Source: Thalia democratica (lineage: Eukaryota). Taken from it: a stretch of DNA of 64,000 nt. Positions within the stretch are counted from its first letter, which is position 1. Each line of letters starts with the position of its first letter. The notes beneath the pieces are model-generated. The model searched no databases and was not told the DNA's origin. It saw only the letters and a list, made by a program, of their open reading frames with translations. The position numbers were made by a program, and so were the translations under genes. The stretch covers positions 1 to 64,000 of the forward strand of contig CBDBBG010000158.1 in NCBI GenBank assembly GCA_965202585.1, given 5' to 3'. Below, piece by piece: positions 36,976 to 51,525 of this stretch.

Positions 36976-39900
36976 GATGAATGAATAATAAAGCGACCAA
37001 AACGATACTTGCAAGAGTTACTGACTGTGACGAATTGACTGTCGAGCAGTTATGCTTTGCAAGGTACCTTTTACTTCTTAGCATTTTTGCATTAGCATGT
37101 TTGTTTAACACATATATGCTTATAAAAACTTAGTTGTCTTATTACGAATGTTGAAAAAGTTCCAGTAAGAAAGAAACCATATCTAACTTGTTCTAAAAGT
37201 AATTTTTTTTAAAGCATTAGTTTGAAAAGTCCAGAAATAACAGCCTGTATCTTACAGCACACCTCTAAATACATTAAGAAAAACATAAATGAAACAAAAC
37301 ATGTTAACACACTCCCGACTGAGTTTTCCTTTGCCGCTCACCTAAAGTAATAAAGTTTTAACAAAGCACAAGGTTTTTTTTTACCTCAAACTTAAACAAA
37401 GTTTCATTATATCGATTTCATGGAGTTTTGTTAATCGTAAGTTCTATCAAGTATGTTCAAGTTAATTACAGTTTAAACTAATGTGTAAAAAGTAATTTCA
37501 AAAGAATAAAAGAGTTCATTTTGTTTAGCTTTACTAGTTATGATTACTCATAATCAATATACTCATAAGCAATGTACTCAAAACTTTTATTAAACAGACA
37601 ACTAGATAACTTTGTTCTTGCACATACTAGTAACTTACCTTACAACAATGTTTTCCAAACAACCTTTCAAAAACGTACTGTACAGTAACTATGATGATAC
37701 TTGTTTGAAAGTTGTAAACTACGTTTAAACACAAATTTTATTTTCCAGTGTATATGAAAAACTAGTTTAACAGGTAAGTAGTTTAACATTCAATTGGTGT
37801 TTCAAACAACTGATTCAAGCTGTTATACAGTTTAAAAAATAACTGATGCGATTTTGCTCGTTAAACTTAAACCTTGATCAAACTAAGAACTTTAACTTTG
37901 CAGATTTCAACCGAATAAAGTGTGTTGATAAAAGTGAACAAATGGATTTGGTTGTAAATTTTTCAAACAAAATAAAGTTAATTAAATTCAAAGAAGTAAA
38001 TAAGTCGAAAAAGCTTATGAACACTAGCACTAAATTTGAACTTAAACAAAAGCTGATATCTTTTGGATGAAAAATTTTACGTAAAAAAAGAGGTTGGTTT
38101 ATTTTTTAAGCAGCATTATATACAAAATAAAATCGAGTAAGAAAATCGAAATGAAAAAGTTTTGAAGTAAAATTGACAAACTTAGTGTTTGAATAAAGCT
38201 TTGTTTACAATCAGCACTCATAACCTTTCAATCTATCTTTGAAACTTTTTAACTGGAAAATAATGCAACTAGGTTTTTTTTTCAAACTTTGTTTTGTCAC
38301 TTCTCATAAAGTTTTAAAGTCAGTCGAAACAACATAGATACTGACACATATTTTGAAACAACAACAGTACTGTTTTTTAAAGTTTACGATTGAAGTGTTT
38401 ACCAAGTTAAACATGTGTTTTAACTGCTTTACTGCTAATAGTAATTTCCTAGTTTACTCAACCTAGATTAATCATAATGTTCTGTACCATTGATTTCATT
38501 GACTAAATGTTTTGCTTTTCGAAATTCGTAACTAGTTATCTCTAACTTACTGTTAATGTAGTTAAAAACACAGCTTAGGATAAGTTACATTTTATTCTCG
38601 GATGTCGTTAAGAACATAGCTGTTGTAGCAATAACATATAAACTTGAAGCAAAGTAACTGTTATCTTATTCAATTATAGACCATATAAAACAAAGTATTT
38701 GCTTGATTCAAAGTTTTACATTGTAGTTTGCCTATTATGGAACTTGTACTGTCACATAATAGGCTGTAAAAAAATGAAGGCTAAAAAAGTTTTTGTCTTG
38801 CTTTGTCCAATTTTTCTTCTTCTTTACATTTATAAAAACTACACAGCTTAAAGCAACAAGTTACAGTAATTTTGCTTTCTTATGTATAGCGTACTTAAGG
38901 GTAACAAACAAGTGGTAACAAGTTTTTTACTTCTTTTCTTTGTACCATGTTTCAGCTAATCAATTGGTTTATTTCATATGCTTGACAAGATTAGAAAGCT
39001 TAAATCAAGTAAGTAGATGTAAGCTTTGTAAAATAAAAGATTTATTTATACAAGTTCATCATTTTATTAAGGTATTTTGTTTTGTAAATTGCGTACTTGT
39101 TAATAGCGTTCTCTTTCTTTTGAACAAACGATGTTGTTTACATTTATGTGTTACACCAGTTTTGAATTGTTAAGCATGTTTCAGTTGTAGTTTAATTGTA
39201 ATTGAACAGTATTTTTTAAGGACACTAAACATTGTTTGTTATTAACAGTTTAAAACGTTTTCAGTTAATAAGTCAAAGTTTTATTTCTGTTTAAGCGTAC
39301 TATTTTCATTGAAAAATAAAAATAGTTTTTACAGTGACGTAGGCACAGTTTTTTTTAATAAACTAAAAAACAAATGAAATATTGAATTAAAAAATGTCCA
39401 CAAAGTAAGCATGAATAAGAATAAGTTTTATTTGGAAAAGAAAGTTAAAAGGAAAAAGGCCACGAAAAAGACACTCAAGTTAGTTAAAGCTTTTCACTAA
39501 GCATTCGACAATAGTAAGCAATAAAGTAAGGATTAGAGCAGTTATCTAGCTAGAGTTCCTTTCTTAACAGTTGCATAAAAAAAGTACAGTAGAGAAATTG
39601 TAGCGAGCTAGGTATTTAATAAATAATGGGTTTATAGTTTGGAGGGAAATTGTTTTTTGATTCTTTTTCACCACAAAGTTGATTAAGTGTGTGTATTTGT
39701 GTTGTTGAGTTTAGTAGTCATTAGTAGCTTGTGTATTTAATTGGTGATCCACCTAATCTTTAGATTCAAAAAGTACATAGCTTAAAACAAACAAGTATCG
39801 TCGTTTTGAGTTGTCTCATACATAGTTTAAAAAAGAGTTACAAAAAATGGTAACAAGCTGTTCCATTTTTACCTTGGAATCATGTCGTTATTTGTCATAG

Positions 39901-41510
39901 CCACAGAAAAAATGAGTTCAACAAAACAAGTATGAGCTTTGTAAGCAGAAAGATTATTTCAATTGTATGTTTGTTTTAAACAATCACTGTTGTTTACATT
40001 ACTGTTCAACTTTTAAACAGTTTTTTATTGTTTCATTTGCATTCTGATAAGTAAAACTAATACTTATTTGACAATCAGACCTTAAATAAATATCATTGAG
40101 CATTTTTAGTATCAAAGCAAAGTAAATGTTTCTTCTCATTTAATATAATGTCTTATTTAAGCATAATTTTTTATTTAGTGACAGATTGATTTTTTTATTA
40201 AACTAACAACAAATATCTATTGAGTGTTTGAAAAACAAGTTTACAAAGTAAAATGAACTAGAATAAGTTTTGTTTAAACAATAAGTTAAACAAGAAAATT
40301 CCCATTAAAAAACATTTTTACCTAACATTTAAATACTAGTGAAGCAGAAAAACTTATTCTACATTATCAAAAGTAGTTTAAAATGTCAAGTAGAACTACA
40401 AAAACTAAAGTAAGTGTAACTAACTAGTAGAAACAAAAACAGAGAAATTCAGCTTTAGAAAGTTTATTTAGAAGTTATTGAAACACACTAACTGTTACTT
40501 TTTACCAACACGCACAATGTAGATATAAATTTGTACATTTTTTTGTCGCTTAGTTTAAGCTTGTTTGACACTGTTTACTCGACATTAGTAGCTGCTTAAA
40601 TCAACTGGTGGTCCTGATTACTTTAGATATGTAGAAACATAACTTTCAACAAACTACTAGAGTTGTTAAAGGTCAGTAAGTTGTCTCATATCTAGTTAAA
40701 ACAAGTACCTTTTACTTTGAAAACTAGAATAATAAATTACTTAAAAAAGTACAAGCAGTTACTTTTTTGTGTTTTACCAAGTTTCAACCAATGAGCTGGT
40801 TTGTTTTGTGTGTTTATGTTTTGAATTGAAAATGTTTCTTGAATATGCTAAACAGAAGTTAGCTTTGAAAGAAGGAATATGTTATTTTACTTGAAAAACA
40901 CATCTGTAATTTTTTGTCTTGAACAACCATTTTTGTATTCATTTATGTATTCGTAACTTTTTAAAACGTGTTACATGGCTTCAATTGCAGTTAAGTTGAT
41001 AAGAAGAACTCGTTAAAAAAGTTAAAGCTCGGTTGTGTTACTAATAATCAACAACAACTTAAAATAAAGTTACAACTAAGTTTTTGCATGTTATAAGTGA
41101 TATACATTTTTGTTTAAAAAGATGATACTTTTTTGTAAGCACTTATTTATTGAATGTTTCAACAGAACTTCAGCAAATGAATAAAAACAAGTGTTTTGTA
41201 CAAAAAGTATTCAGATGAAAAATCTTACGGACAACAAAATCAAGTTAGTTAAACATCTTTTACAAACCATTTGATTACAAGCACTACTACTGTTTTTAGA
41301 CTAATGCAATGCTTTTTCTACAATATAACGAGTTACAAGTTTATAAAGTATTTGAAACAAAAAAAAAGTGTGTTCATTCAAGTATATGAGTTTTTAATTT
41401 ACACAAATAAGAATTTATTTGTACTAAGCTTATATTCTTGTACTTTAAGTAAACATGAACAGCTGGTTCTATTCAAATGGTGGTCCTGAAAAGGACCGGT
41501 TGTTTAGCGT

Positions 41511-41870
41511 TTATTTTGAGCTGGTGTATTTGGTAACAGCTTTAGTTCCTTCTGAAACTGCGTGCTTTGACAACTCGCCGGGGAGCAAGAGCCTGACAGC
41601 AGTTTGAATTTCGCGGCTGCTAACAGTTGACCTCTTGTTGTAATGAGCCAAACGTGAAGCCTCTGCTGCAATGCGCTCGAAGATGTCGTTGACAAATGAG
41701 TTCATGATTCCCATCGCCTTGCTGGAAATTCCGGTGTCGGGGTGCACTTGCTTCAAAACTTTGTACACATAGATGCCAAAGCTTTCTTTGTTCCTCCTCC
41801 TTCGCTTCTTCTTGCCGTCGACCGGAGCGGTCTTGGCTACTGACTTCTTCGCGCCTTTGGTTGCTGTCAT
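41511..41870 (-). CDS. H2B: Histone H2B (copy 6)
   Basis: Same protein; synonymous Ala GCA>GCG at 41715. Confidence 0.98.
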   Translation of the reverse strand: MTATKGAKKSVAKTAPVDGKKKRRRRNKESFGIYVYKVLKQVHPDTGISSKAMGIMNSFVNDIFERIAAEASRLAHYNKRSTVSSREIQTAVRLLLPGELSKHAVSEGTKAVTKYTSSK

Positions 41871-42034
41871 GATGATGTGTGGACTTCTGTCTCGGCGCCA
41901 GTTTATATGCTGAAAAATTATGCAAATTAGCATAGTTCCGTACGCGAACGATAGCTGGTTTCTCTCACTTCACAATTCTCTCGTTTGTTGTAAATATTTT
42001 GGTGGTCCTGAAAAGGACCTGGTTTTTTTTTAAC

Positions 42035-42415
42035 TTAGGCTGACTTTTTTGAAGCGGTCTTCTTAGGCAATAGTACTGCCTGGATGTTTGGAAGAACACC
42101 ACCTTGAGCAATTGTGACGCCTCCGAGAAGTTTGTTCAACTCTTCGTCGTTGCGAATAGCTAGTTGCAAATGGCGAGGAATGATCCTGCTTTTCTTGTTG
42201 TCACGAGCAGCGTTACCGGCAAGCTCGAGCACTTCTGCGCTCAAGTACTCGAGAACGGCAGCCAGATAAACTGGAGCACCAGCTCCGACTCTTTGGCTGT
42301 AGTTGCCGGTGCGCAACAGGCGGTGCACGCGACCGACTGGAAACTGCAGTCCTGCACGGGAAGACCTGCTCTTCGGCTTAGATTTGAGTTTTGATCCTTT
42401 ACCACGTCCTGACAT
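42035..42415 (-). CDS. H2A: Histone H2A (copy 6)
   Basis: Same protein as copy 1. Confidence 0.98.
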   Translation of the reverse strand: MSGRGKGSKLKSKPKSRSSRAGLQFPVGRVHRLLRTGNYSQRVGAGAPVYLAAVLEYLSAEVLELAGNAARDNKKSRIIPRHLQLAIRNDEELNKLLGGVTIAQGGVLPNIQAVLLPKKTASKKSA

Positions 42416-42597
42416 TTTGTTGTTCGAATGATTGTGATGATAGCTTGCACAGCTCACTATAAAACTCATACCTAACCGCGTCGAACGAAAAACTAATTTG
42501 CATATGTCATAGCTAATGCTTAATCTTGTCAAAAGTGTTGTAAAACTTTTATATTGAATTAGGTGGTCCTAAAAAGGACCGGGTTTGCTAAAAGCGA

Positions 42598-42945
<348 letters not shown>

Positions 42946-43097
42946 TTATATACAAGCTGTTACGGACGCGTACGGTTACTACTAACTAATTTGCATACTC
43001 AAAAAAGTCTCTTAACTTACATTTTTTCGTTCGGTTAAGTTTTTCTCACTGTCAAAGTTTTAAGGTGGCCCTGAAAAGGACCGGTTTTAGCTAACGC

Positions 43098-43589
<492 letters not shown>

Positions 43590-43689
43590 CTAATTTGCAT
43601 ATTTTCAACTTAGCATTGTTTTATGCATTTCGAGTTGCGTTATATTTTGTTTGAGTGGTCCTGAAAAGGACCTTGGGTAAAAGAACAAC

Positions 43690-44250
43690 TTATTTTTTGC
43701 AGCTCTTCTTCTTGGATGCTTTTTTGGCTGCCGGCTTCTTCTTGGTTACTTTCTTCTTCTTGCTTGCAGCTTTTTTAGATGCTGCCTTCTTAGGAGCGCA
43801 CTTTTTAGCAGGTCGCTTTTTGGCTGCTGGTTTTTTTGCAGCCTTCTTGGGAGCACACTTCTTTTTTGGTTTTTTAGCTGCGGCCTTCTTTGCTGCTGGC
43901 TTTTTAGCTACTTTCTTTGTCCTCTTCTTGGGCCCAGCAGCTGGCATTGGAGCAAGCTTGAACGAGCCAGAAGCGCCTTTTCCAGTTGTCTGGAGAAAAG
44001 CACCTTTGGTCACGCCGCTGGTAAGTGCTCTCTTCAAGTGAGAATTGGAAGCTGTGAGGTCAAGCTTGTAGGTGTCCGCAATAAACTTTTGTATCTTCTG
44101 GCGGGATGTACCTTTTCGTTCCTTCATTGCTCCAAGGGCAGAGCTAATCATTTCCCTGTAAGTAGGGTGCTCTGCCTTCTTGGCGCTTGGTCTCTTGGAA
44201 GACCTGGCTGCGGCTGGCGCTGGTACTGCTGCTACTGCTGTGGTAGACAT
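43690..44250 (-). CDS. H1: Histone H1 (copy 7)
   Basis: Same protein as copy 1. Confidence 0.97.
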   Translation of the reverse strand: MSTTAVAAVPAPAAARSSKRPSAKKAEHPTYREMISSALGAMKERKGTSRQKIQKFIADTYKLDLTASNSHLKRALTSGVTKGAFLQTTGKGASGSFKLAPMPAAGPKKRTKKVAKKPAAKKAAAKKPKKKCAPKKAAKKPAAKKRPAKKCAPKKAASKKAASKKKKVTKKKPAAKKASKKKSCKK

Positions 44251-47200
44251 GATGAATGAATAATAAAGCGACCAAAACGATACTTGCAAGAGTTACTGAC
44301 TGTGACGAATTGACTGTCGAGCAGTTATGCTTTGCAAGGTACCTTTTACTTCTTAGCATTTTTGCATTAGCATGTTTGTTTAACACATATATGCTTATAA
44401 AAACTTAGTTGTCTTATTACGAATGTTGAAAAAGTTCCAGTAAGAAAGAAACCATATCTAACTTGTTCTAAAAGTAATTTTTTTTAAAGCATTAGTTTGA
44501 AAAGTCCAGAAATAACAGCCTGTATCTTACAGCACACCTCTAAATACATTAAGAAAAACATAAATGAAACAAAACATGTTAACACACTCCCGACTGAGTT
44601 TTCCTTTGCCGCTCACCTAAAGTAATAAAGTTTTAACAAAGCACAAGGTTTTTTTTTACCTCAAACTTAAACAAAGTTTCATTATATCGATTTCATGGAG
44701 TTTTGTTAATCGTAAGTTCTATCAAGTATGTTCAAGTTAATTACAGTTTAAACTAATGTGTAAAAAGTAATTTCAAAAGAATAAAAGAGTTCATTTTGTT
44801 TAGCTTTACTAGTTATGATTACTCATAATCAATATACTCATAAGCAATGTACTCAAAACTTTTATTAAACAGACAACTAGATAACTTTGTTCTTGCACAT
44901 ACTAGTAACTTACCTTACAACAATGTTTTCCAAACAACCTTTCAAAAACGTACTGTACAGTAACTATGATGATACTTGTTTGAAAGTTGTAAACTACGTT
45001 TAAACACAAATTTTATTTTCCAGTGTATATGAAAAACTAGTTTAACAGGTAAGTAGTTTAACATTCAATTGGTGTTTCAAACAACTGATTCAAGCTGTTA
45101 TACAGTTTAAAAAATAACTGATGCGATTTTGCTCGTTAAACTTAAACCTTGATCAAACTAAGAACTTTAACTTTGCAGATTTCAACCGAATAAAGTGTGC
45201 TGATAAAAGTGAACAAATGGATTTGGTTGTAAATTTTTCAAACAAAATAAAGTTAATTAAATTCAAAGAAGTAAATAAGTCGAAAAAGCTTATGAACACT
45301 AGCACTAAATTTGAACTTAAACAAAAGCTGATATCTTTTGGATGAAAAATTTTACGTAAAAAAAGAGGTTGGTTTATTTTTTAAGCAGCATTATATACAA
45401 AATAAAATCGAGTAAGAAAATCGAAATGAAAAAGTTTTGAAGTAAAATTGACAAACTTAGTGTTTGAATAAAGCTTTGTTTACAATCAGCACTCATAACC
45501 TTTCAATCTATCTTTGAAACTTTTTAACTGGAAAATAATGCAACTAGGTTTTTTTTTCAAACTTTGTTTTGTCACTTCTCATAAAGTTTTAAAGTCAGTC
45601 GAAACAACATAGATACTGACACATATTTTGAAACAACAACAGTACTGTTTTTTAAAGTTTACGATTGAAGTGTTTACCAAGTTAAACATGTGTTTTAACT
45701 GCTTTACTGCTAATAGTAATTTCCTAGTTTACTCAACCTAGATTAATCATAATGTTCTGTACCATTGATTTCATTGACTAAATGTTTTGCTTTTCGAAAT
45801 TCGTAACTAGTTATCTCTAACTTACTGTTAATGTAGTTAAAAACACAGCTTAGGATAAGTTACATTTTATTCTCGGATGTCGTTAAGAACATAGCTGTTG
45901 TAGCAATAACATATAAACTTGAAGCAAAGTAACTGTTATCTTATTCAATTATAGACCATATAAAACAAAGTATTTGCTTGATTCAAAGTTTTACATTGTA
46001 GTTTGCCTATTATGGAACTTGTACTGTCACATAATAGGCTGTAAAAAAATGAAGGCTAAAAAAGTTTTTGTCTTGCTTTGTCCAATTTTTCTTCTTCTTT
46101 ACATTTATAAAAACTACACAGCTTAAAGCAACAAGTTACAGTAATTTTGCTTTCTTATGTATAGCGTACTTAAGGGTAACAAACAAGTGGTAACAAGTTT
46201 TTTACTTCTTTTCTTTGTACCATGTTTCAGCTAATCAATTGGTTTATTTCATATGCTTGACAAGATTAGAAAGCTTAAATCAAGTAAGTAGATGTAAGCT
46301 TTGTAAAATAAAAGATTTATTTATACAAGTTCATCATTTTATTAAGGTATTTTGTTTTGTAAATTGCGTACTTGTTAATAGCGTTCTCTTTCTTTTGAAC
46401 AAACGATGTTGTTTACATTTATGTGTTACACCAGTTTTGAATTGTTAAGCATGTTTCAGTTGTAGTTTAATTGTAATTGAACAGTATTTTTTAAGGACAC
46501 TAAACATTGTTTGTTATTAACAGTTTAAAACGTTTTCAGTTAATAAGTCAAAGTTTTATTTCTGTTTAAGCGTACTATTTTCATTGAAAAATAAAAATAG
46601 TTTTTACAGTGACGTAGGCACAGTTTTTTTTAATAAACTAAAAAACAAATGAAATATTGAATTAAAAAATGTCCACAAAGTAAGCATGAATAAGAATAAG
46701 TTTTATTTGGAAAAGAAAGTTAAAAGGAAAAAGGCCACGAAAAAGACACTCAAGTTAGTTAAAGCTTTTCACTAAGCATTCGACAATAGTAAGCAATAAA
46801 GTAAGGATTAGAGCAGTTATCTAGCTAGAGTTCCTTTCTTAACAGTTGCATAAAAAAAGTACAGTAGAGAAATTGTAGCGAGCTAGGTATTTAATAAATA
46901 ATGGGTTTATAGTTTGGAGGGAAATTGTTTTTTGATTCTTTTTCACCACAAAGTTGATTAAGTGTGTGTATTTGTGTTGTTGAGTTTAGTAGTCATTAGT
47001 AGCTTGTGTATTTAATTGGTGATCCACCTAATCTTTAGATTCAAAAAGTACATAGCTTAAAACAAACAAGTATCGTCGTTTTGAGTTGTCTCATACATAG
47101 TTTAAAAAAGAGTTACAAAAAATGGTAACAAGCTGTTCCATTTTTACCTTGGAATCATGTCGTTATTTGTCATAGCCACAGAAAAAATGAGTTCAACAAA

Positions 47201-48785
47201 ACAAGTATGAGCTTTGTAAGCAGAAAGATTATTTCAATTGTATGTTTGTTTTAAACAATCACTGTTGTTTACATTACTGTTCAACTTTTAAACAGTTTTT
47301 TATTGTTTCATTTGCATTCTGATAAGTAAAACTAATACTTATTTGACAATCAGACCTTAAATAAATATCATTGAGCATTTTTAGTATCAAAGCAAAGTAA
47401 ATGTTTCTTCTCATTTAATATAATGTCTTATTTAAGCATAATTTTTTATTTAGTGACAGATTGATTTTTTTATTAAACTAACAACAAATATCTATTGAGT
47501 GTTTGAAAAACAAGTTTACAAAGTAAAATGAACTAGAATAAGTTTTGTTTAAACAATAAGTTAAACAAGAAAATTCCCATTAAAAAACATTTTTACCTAA
47601 CATTTAAATACTAGTGAAGCAGAAAAACTTATTCTACATTATCAAAAGTAGTTTAAAATGTCAAGTAGAACTACAAAAACTAAAGTAAGTGTAACTAACT
47701 AGTAGAAACAAAAACAGAGAAATTCAGCTTTAGAAAGTTTATTTAGAAGTTATTGAAACACACTAACTGTTACTTTTTACCAACACGCACAATGTAGATA
47801 TAAATTTGTACATTTTTTTGTCGCTTAGTTTAAGCTTGTTTGACACTGTTTACTCGACATTAGTAGCTGCTTAAATCAACTGGTGGTCCTGATTACTTTA
47901 GATATGTAGAAACATAACTTTCAACAAACTACTAGAGTTGTTAAAGGTCAGTAAGTTGTCTCATATCTAGTTAAAACAAGTACCTTTTACTTTGAAAACT
48001 AGAATAATAAATTACTTAAAAAAGTACAAGCAGTTACTTTTTTGTGTTTTACCAAGTTTCAACCAATGAGCTGGTTTGTTTTGTGTGTTTATGTTTTGAA
48101 TTGAAAATGTTTCTTGAATATGCTAAACAGAAGTTAGCTTTGAAAGAAGGAATATGTTATTTTACTTGAAAAACACATCTGTAATTTTTTGTCTTGAACA
48201 ACCATTTTTGTATTCATTTATGTATTCGTAACTTTTTAAAACGTGTTACATGGCTTCAATTGCAGTTAAGTTGATAAGAAGAACTCGTTTAAAAAGTTAA
48301 AGCTCGGTTGTGTTACTAATAATCAACAACAACTTAAAATAAAGTTACAACTAAGTTTTTGCATGTTATAAGTGATATACATTTTTGTTTAAAAAGATGA
48401 TACTTTTTTGTAAGCACTTATTTATTGAATGTTTCAACAGAACTTCAGCAAATGAATAAAAACAAGTGTTTTGTACAAAAAGTATTCAGATGAAAAATCT
48501 TACGGACAACAAAATCAAGTTAGTTAAACATCTTTTACAAACCATTTGATTACAAGCACTACTACTGTTTTTAGACTAATGCAATGCTTTTTCTACAATA
48601 TAACGAGTTACAAGTTTATAAAGTATTTGAAACAAAAAAAAAGTGTGTTCATTCAAGTATATGAGTTTTTAATTTACACAAATAAGAATTTATTTGTACT
48701 AAGCTTATATTCTTGTACTTTAAGTAAACATGAACAGCTGGTTCTATTCAAATGGTGGTCCTGAAAAGGACCGGTTGTTTAGCGT

Positions 48786-49145
48786 TTATTTTGAGCTGGT
48801 GTATTTGGTAACAGCTTTAGTTCCTTCTGAAACTGCGTGCTTTGACAACTCGCCGGGGAGCAAGAGCCTGACAGCAGTTTGAATTTCGCGGCTGCTAACA
48901 GTTGACCTCTTGTTGTAATGAGCCAAACGTGAAGCCTCTGCTGCAATGCGCTCGAAGATGTCGTTGACAAATGAGTTCATGATTCCCATTGCCTTGCTGG
49001 AAATTCCGGTGTCGGGGTGCACTTGCTTCAAAACTTTGTACACATAGATGCCAAAGCTTTCTTTGTTCCTCCTCCTTCGCTTCTTCTTGCCGTCGACCGG
49101 AGCGGTCTTGGCTACTGACTTCTTCGCGCCTTTGGTTGCTGTCAT
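48786..49145 (-). CDS. H2B: Histone H2B (copy 7)
   Basis: Same protein as copy 1. Confidence 0.98.
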   Translation of the reverse strand: MTATKGAKKSVAKTAPVDGKKKRRRRNKESFGIYVYKVLKQVHPDTGISSKAMGIMNSFVNDIFERIAAEASRLAHYNKRSTVSSREIQTAVRLLLPGELSKHAVSEGTKAVTKYTSSK

Positions 49146-49309
49146 GATGATGTGTGGACTTCTGTCTCGGCGCCAGTTTATATGCTGAAAAATTATGCAA
49201 ATTAGCATAGTTCCGTACGCGAACGATAGCTGGTTTCTCTCACTTCACAATTCTCTCGTTTGTTGTAAATATTTTGGTGGTCCTGAAAAGGACCTGGTTT
49301 TTTTTTAAC

Positions 49310-49690
49310 TTAGGCTGACTTTTTTGAAGCGGTCTTCTTAGGCAATAGTACTGCCTGGATGTTTGGAAGAACACCACCTTGAGCAATTGTGACGCCTCCG
49401 AGAAGTTTGTTCAACTCTTCGTCGTTGCGAATAGCTAGTTGCAAATGGCGAGGAATGATCCTGCTTTTCTTGTTGTCACGAGCAGCGTTACCGGCAAGCT
49501 CGAGCACTTCTGCGCTCAAGTACTCGAGAACGGCAGCCAGATAAACTGGAGCACCAGCTCCGACTCTTTGGCTGTAGTTGCCGGTGCGCAACAGGCGGTG
49601 CACGCGACCGACTGGAAACTGCAGTCCTGCACGGGAAGACCTGCTCTTCGGCTTAGATTTGAGTTTTGATCCTTTACCACGTCCTGACAT
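49310..49690 (-). CDS. H2A: Histone H2A (copy 7)
   Basis: Same protein as copy 1. Confidence 0.98.
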   Translation of the reverse strand: MSGRGKGSKLKSKPKSRSSRAGLQFPVGRVHRLLRTGNYSQRVGAGAPVYLAAVLEYLSAEVLELAGNAARDNKKSRIIPRHLQLAIRNDEELNKLLGGVTIAQGGVLPNIQAVLLPKKTASKKSA

Positions 49691-49872
49691 TTTGTTGTTC
49701 GAATGATTGTGATGATAGCTTGCACAGCTCACTATAAAACTCATACCTAACCGCGTCGAACGAAAAACTAATTTGCATATGTCATAGCTAATGCTTAATC
49801 TTGTCAAAAGTGTTGTAAAACTTTTATATTGAATTAGGTGGTCCTAAAAAGGACCGGGTTTGCTAAAAGCGA

Positions 49873-50220
<348 letters not shown>

Positions 50221-50372
50221 TTATATACAAGCTGTTACGGACGCGTACGGTTACTACTAACTAATTTGCATACTCAAAAAAGTCTCTTAACTTACATTTT
50301 TTCGTTCGGTTAAGTTTTTCTCACTGTCAAAGTTTTAAGGTGGCCCTGAAAAGGACCGGTTTTAGCTAACGC

Positions 50373-50864
<492 letters not shown>

Positions 50865-50964
50865 CTAATTTGCATATTTTCAACTTAGCATTGTTTTATG
50901 CATTTCGAGTTGCGTTATATTTTGTTTGAGTGGTCCTGAAAAGGACCTTGGGTAAAAGAACAAC

Positions 50965-51525
50965 TTATTTTTTGCAGCTCTTCTTCTTGGATGCTTTTTT
51001 GGCTGCCGGCTTCTTCTTGGTTACTTTCTTCTTCTTGCTTGCAGCTTTTTTAGATGCTGCCTTCTTAGGAGCGCACTTTTTAGCAGGTCGCTTTTTGGCT
51101 GCTGGTTTTTTTGCAGCCTTCTTGGGAGCACACTTCTTTTTTGGTTTTTTAGCTGCGGCCTTCTTTGCTGCTGGCTTTTTAGCTACTTTCTTTGTCCTCT
51201 TCTTGGGCCCAGCAGCTGGCATTGGAGCAAGCTTGAACGAGCCAGAAGCGCCTTTTCCAGTTGTCTGGAGAAAAGCACCTTTGGTCACGCCGCTGGTAAG
51301 TGCTCTCTTCAAGTGAGAATTGGAAGCTGTGAGGTCAAGCTTGTAGGTGTCCGCAATAAACTTTTGTATCTTCTGGCGGGATGTACCTTTTCGTTCCTTC
51401 ATTGCTCCAAGGGCAGAGCTAATCATTTCCCTGTAAGTAGGGTGCTCTGCCTTCTTGGCGCTTGGTCTCTTGGAAGACCTGGCTGCGGCTGGCGCTGGTA
51501 CTGCTGCTACTGCTGTGGTAGACAT
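50965..51525 (-). CDS. H1: Histone H1 (copy 8)
   Basis: Same protein as copy 1. Confidence 0.97.
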   Translation of the reverse strand: MSTTAVAAVPAPAAARSSKRPSAKKAEHPTYREMISSALGAMKERKGTSRQKIQKFIADTYKLDLTASNSHLKRALTSGVTKGAFLQTTGKGASGSFKLAPMPAAGPKKRTKKVAKKPAAKKAAAKKPKKKCAPKKAAKKPAAKKRPAKKCAPKKAASKKAASKKKKVTKKKPAAKKASKKKSCKK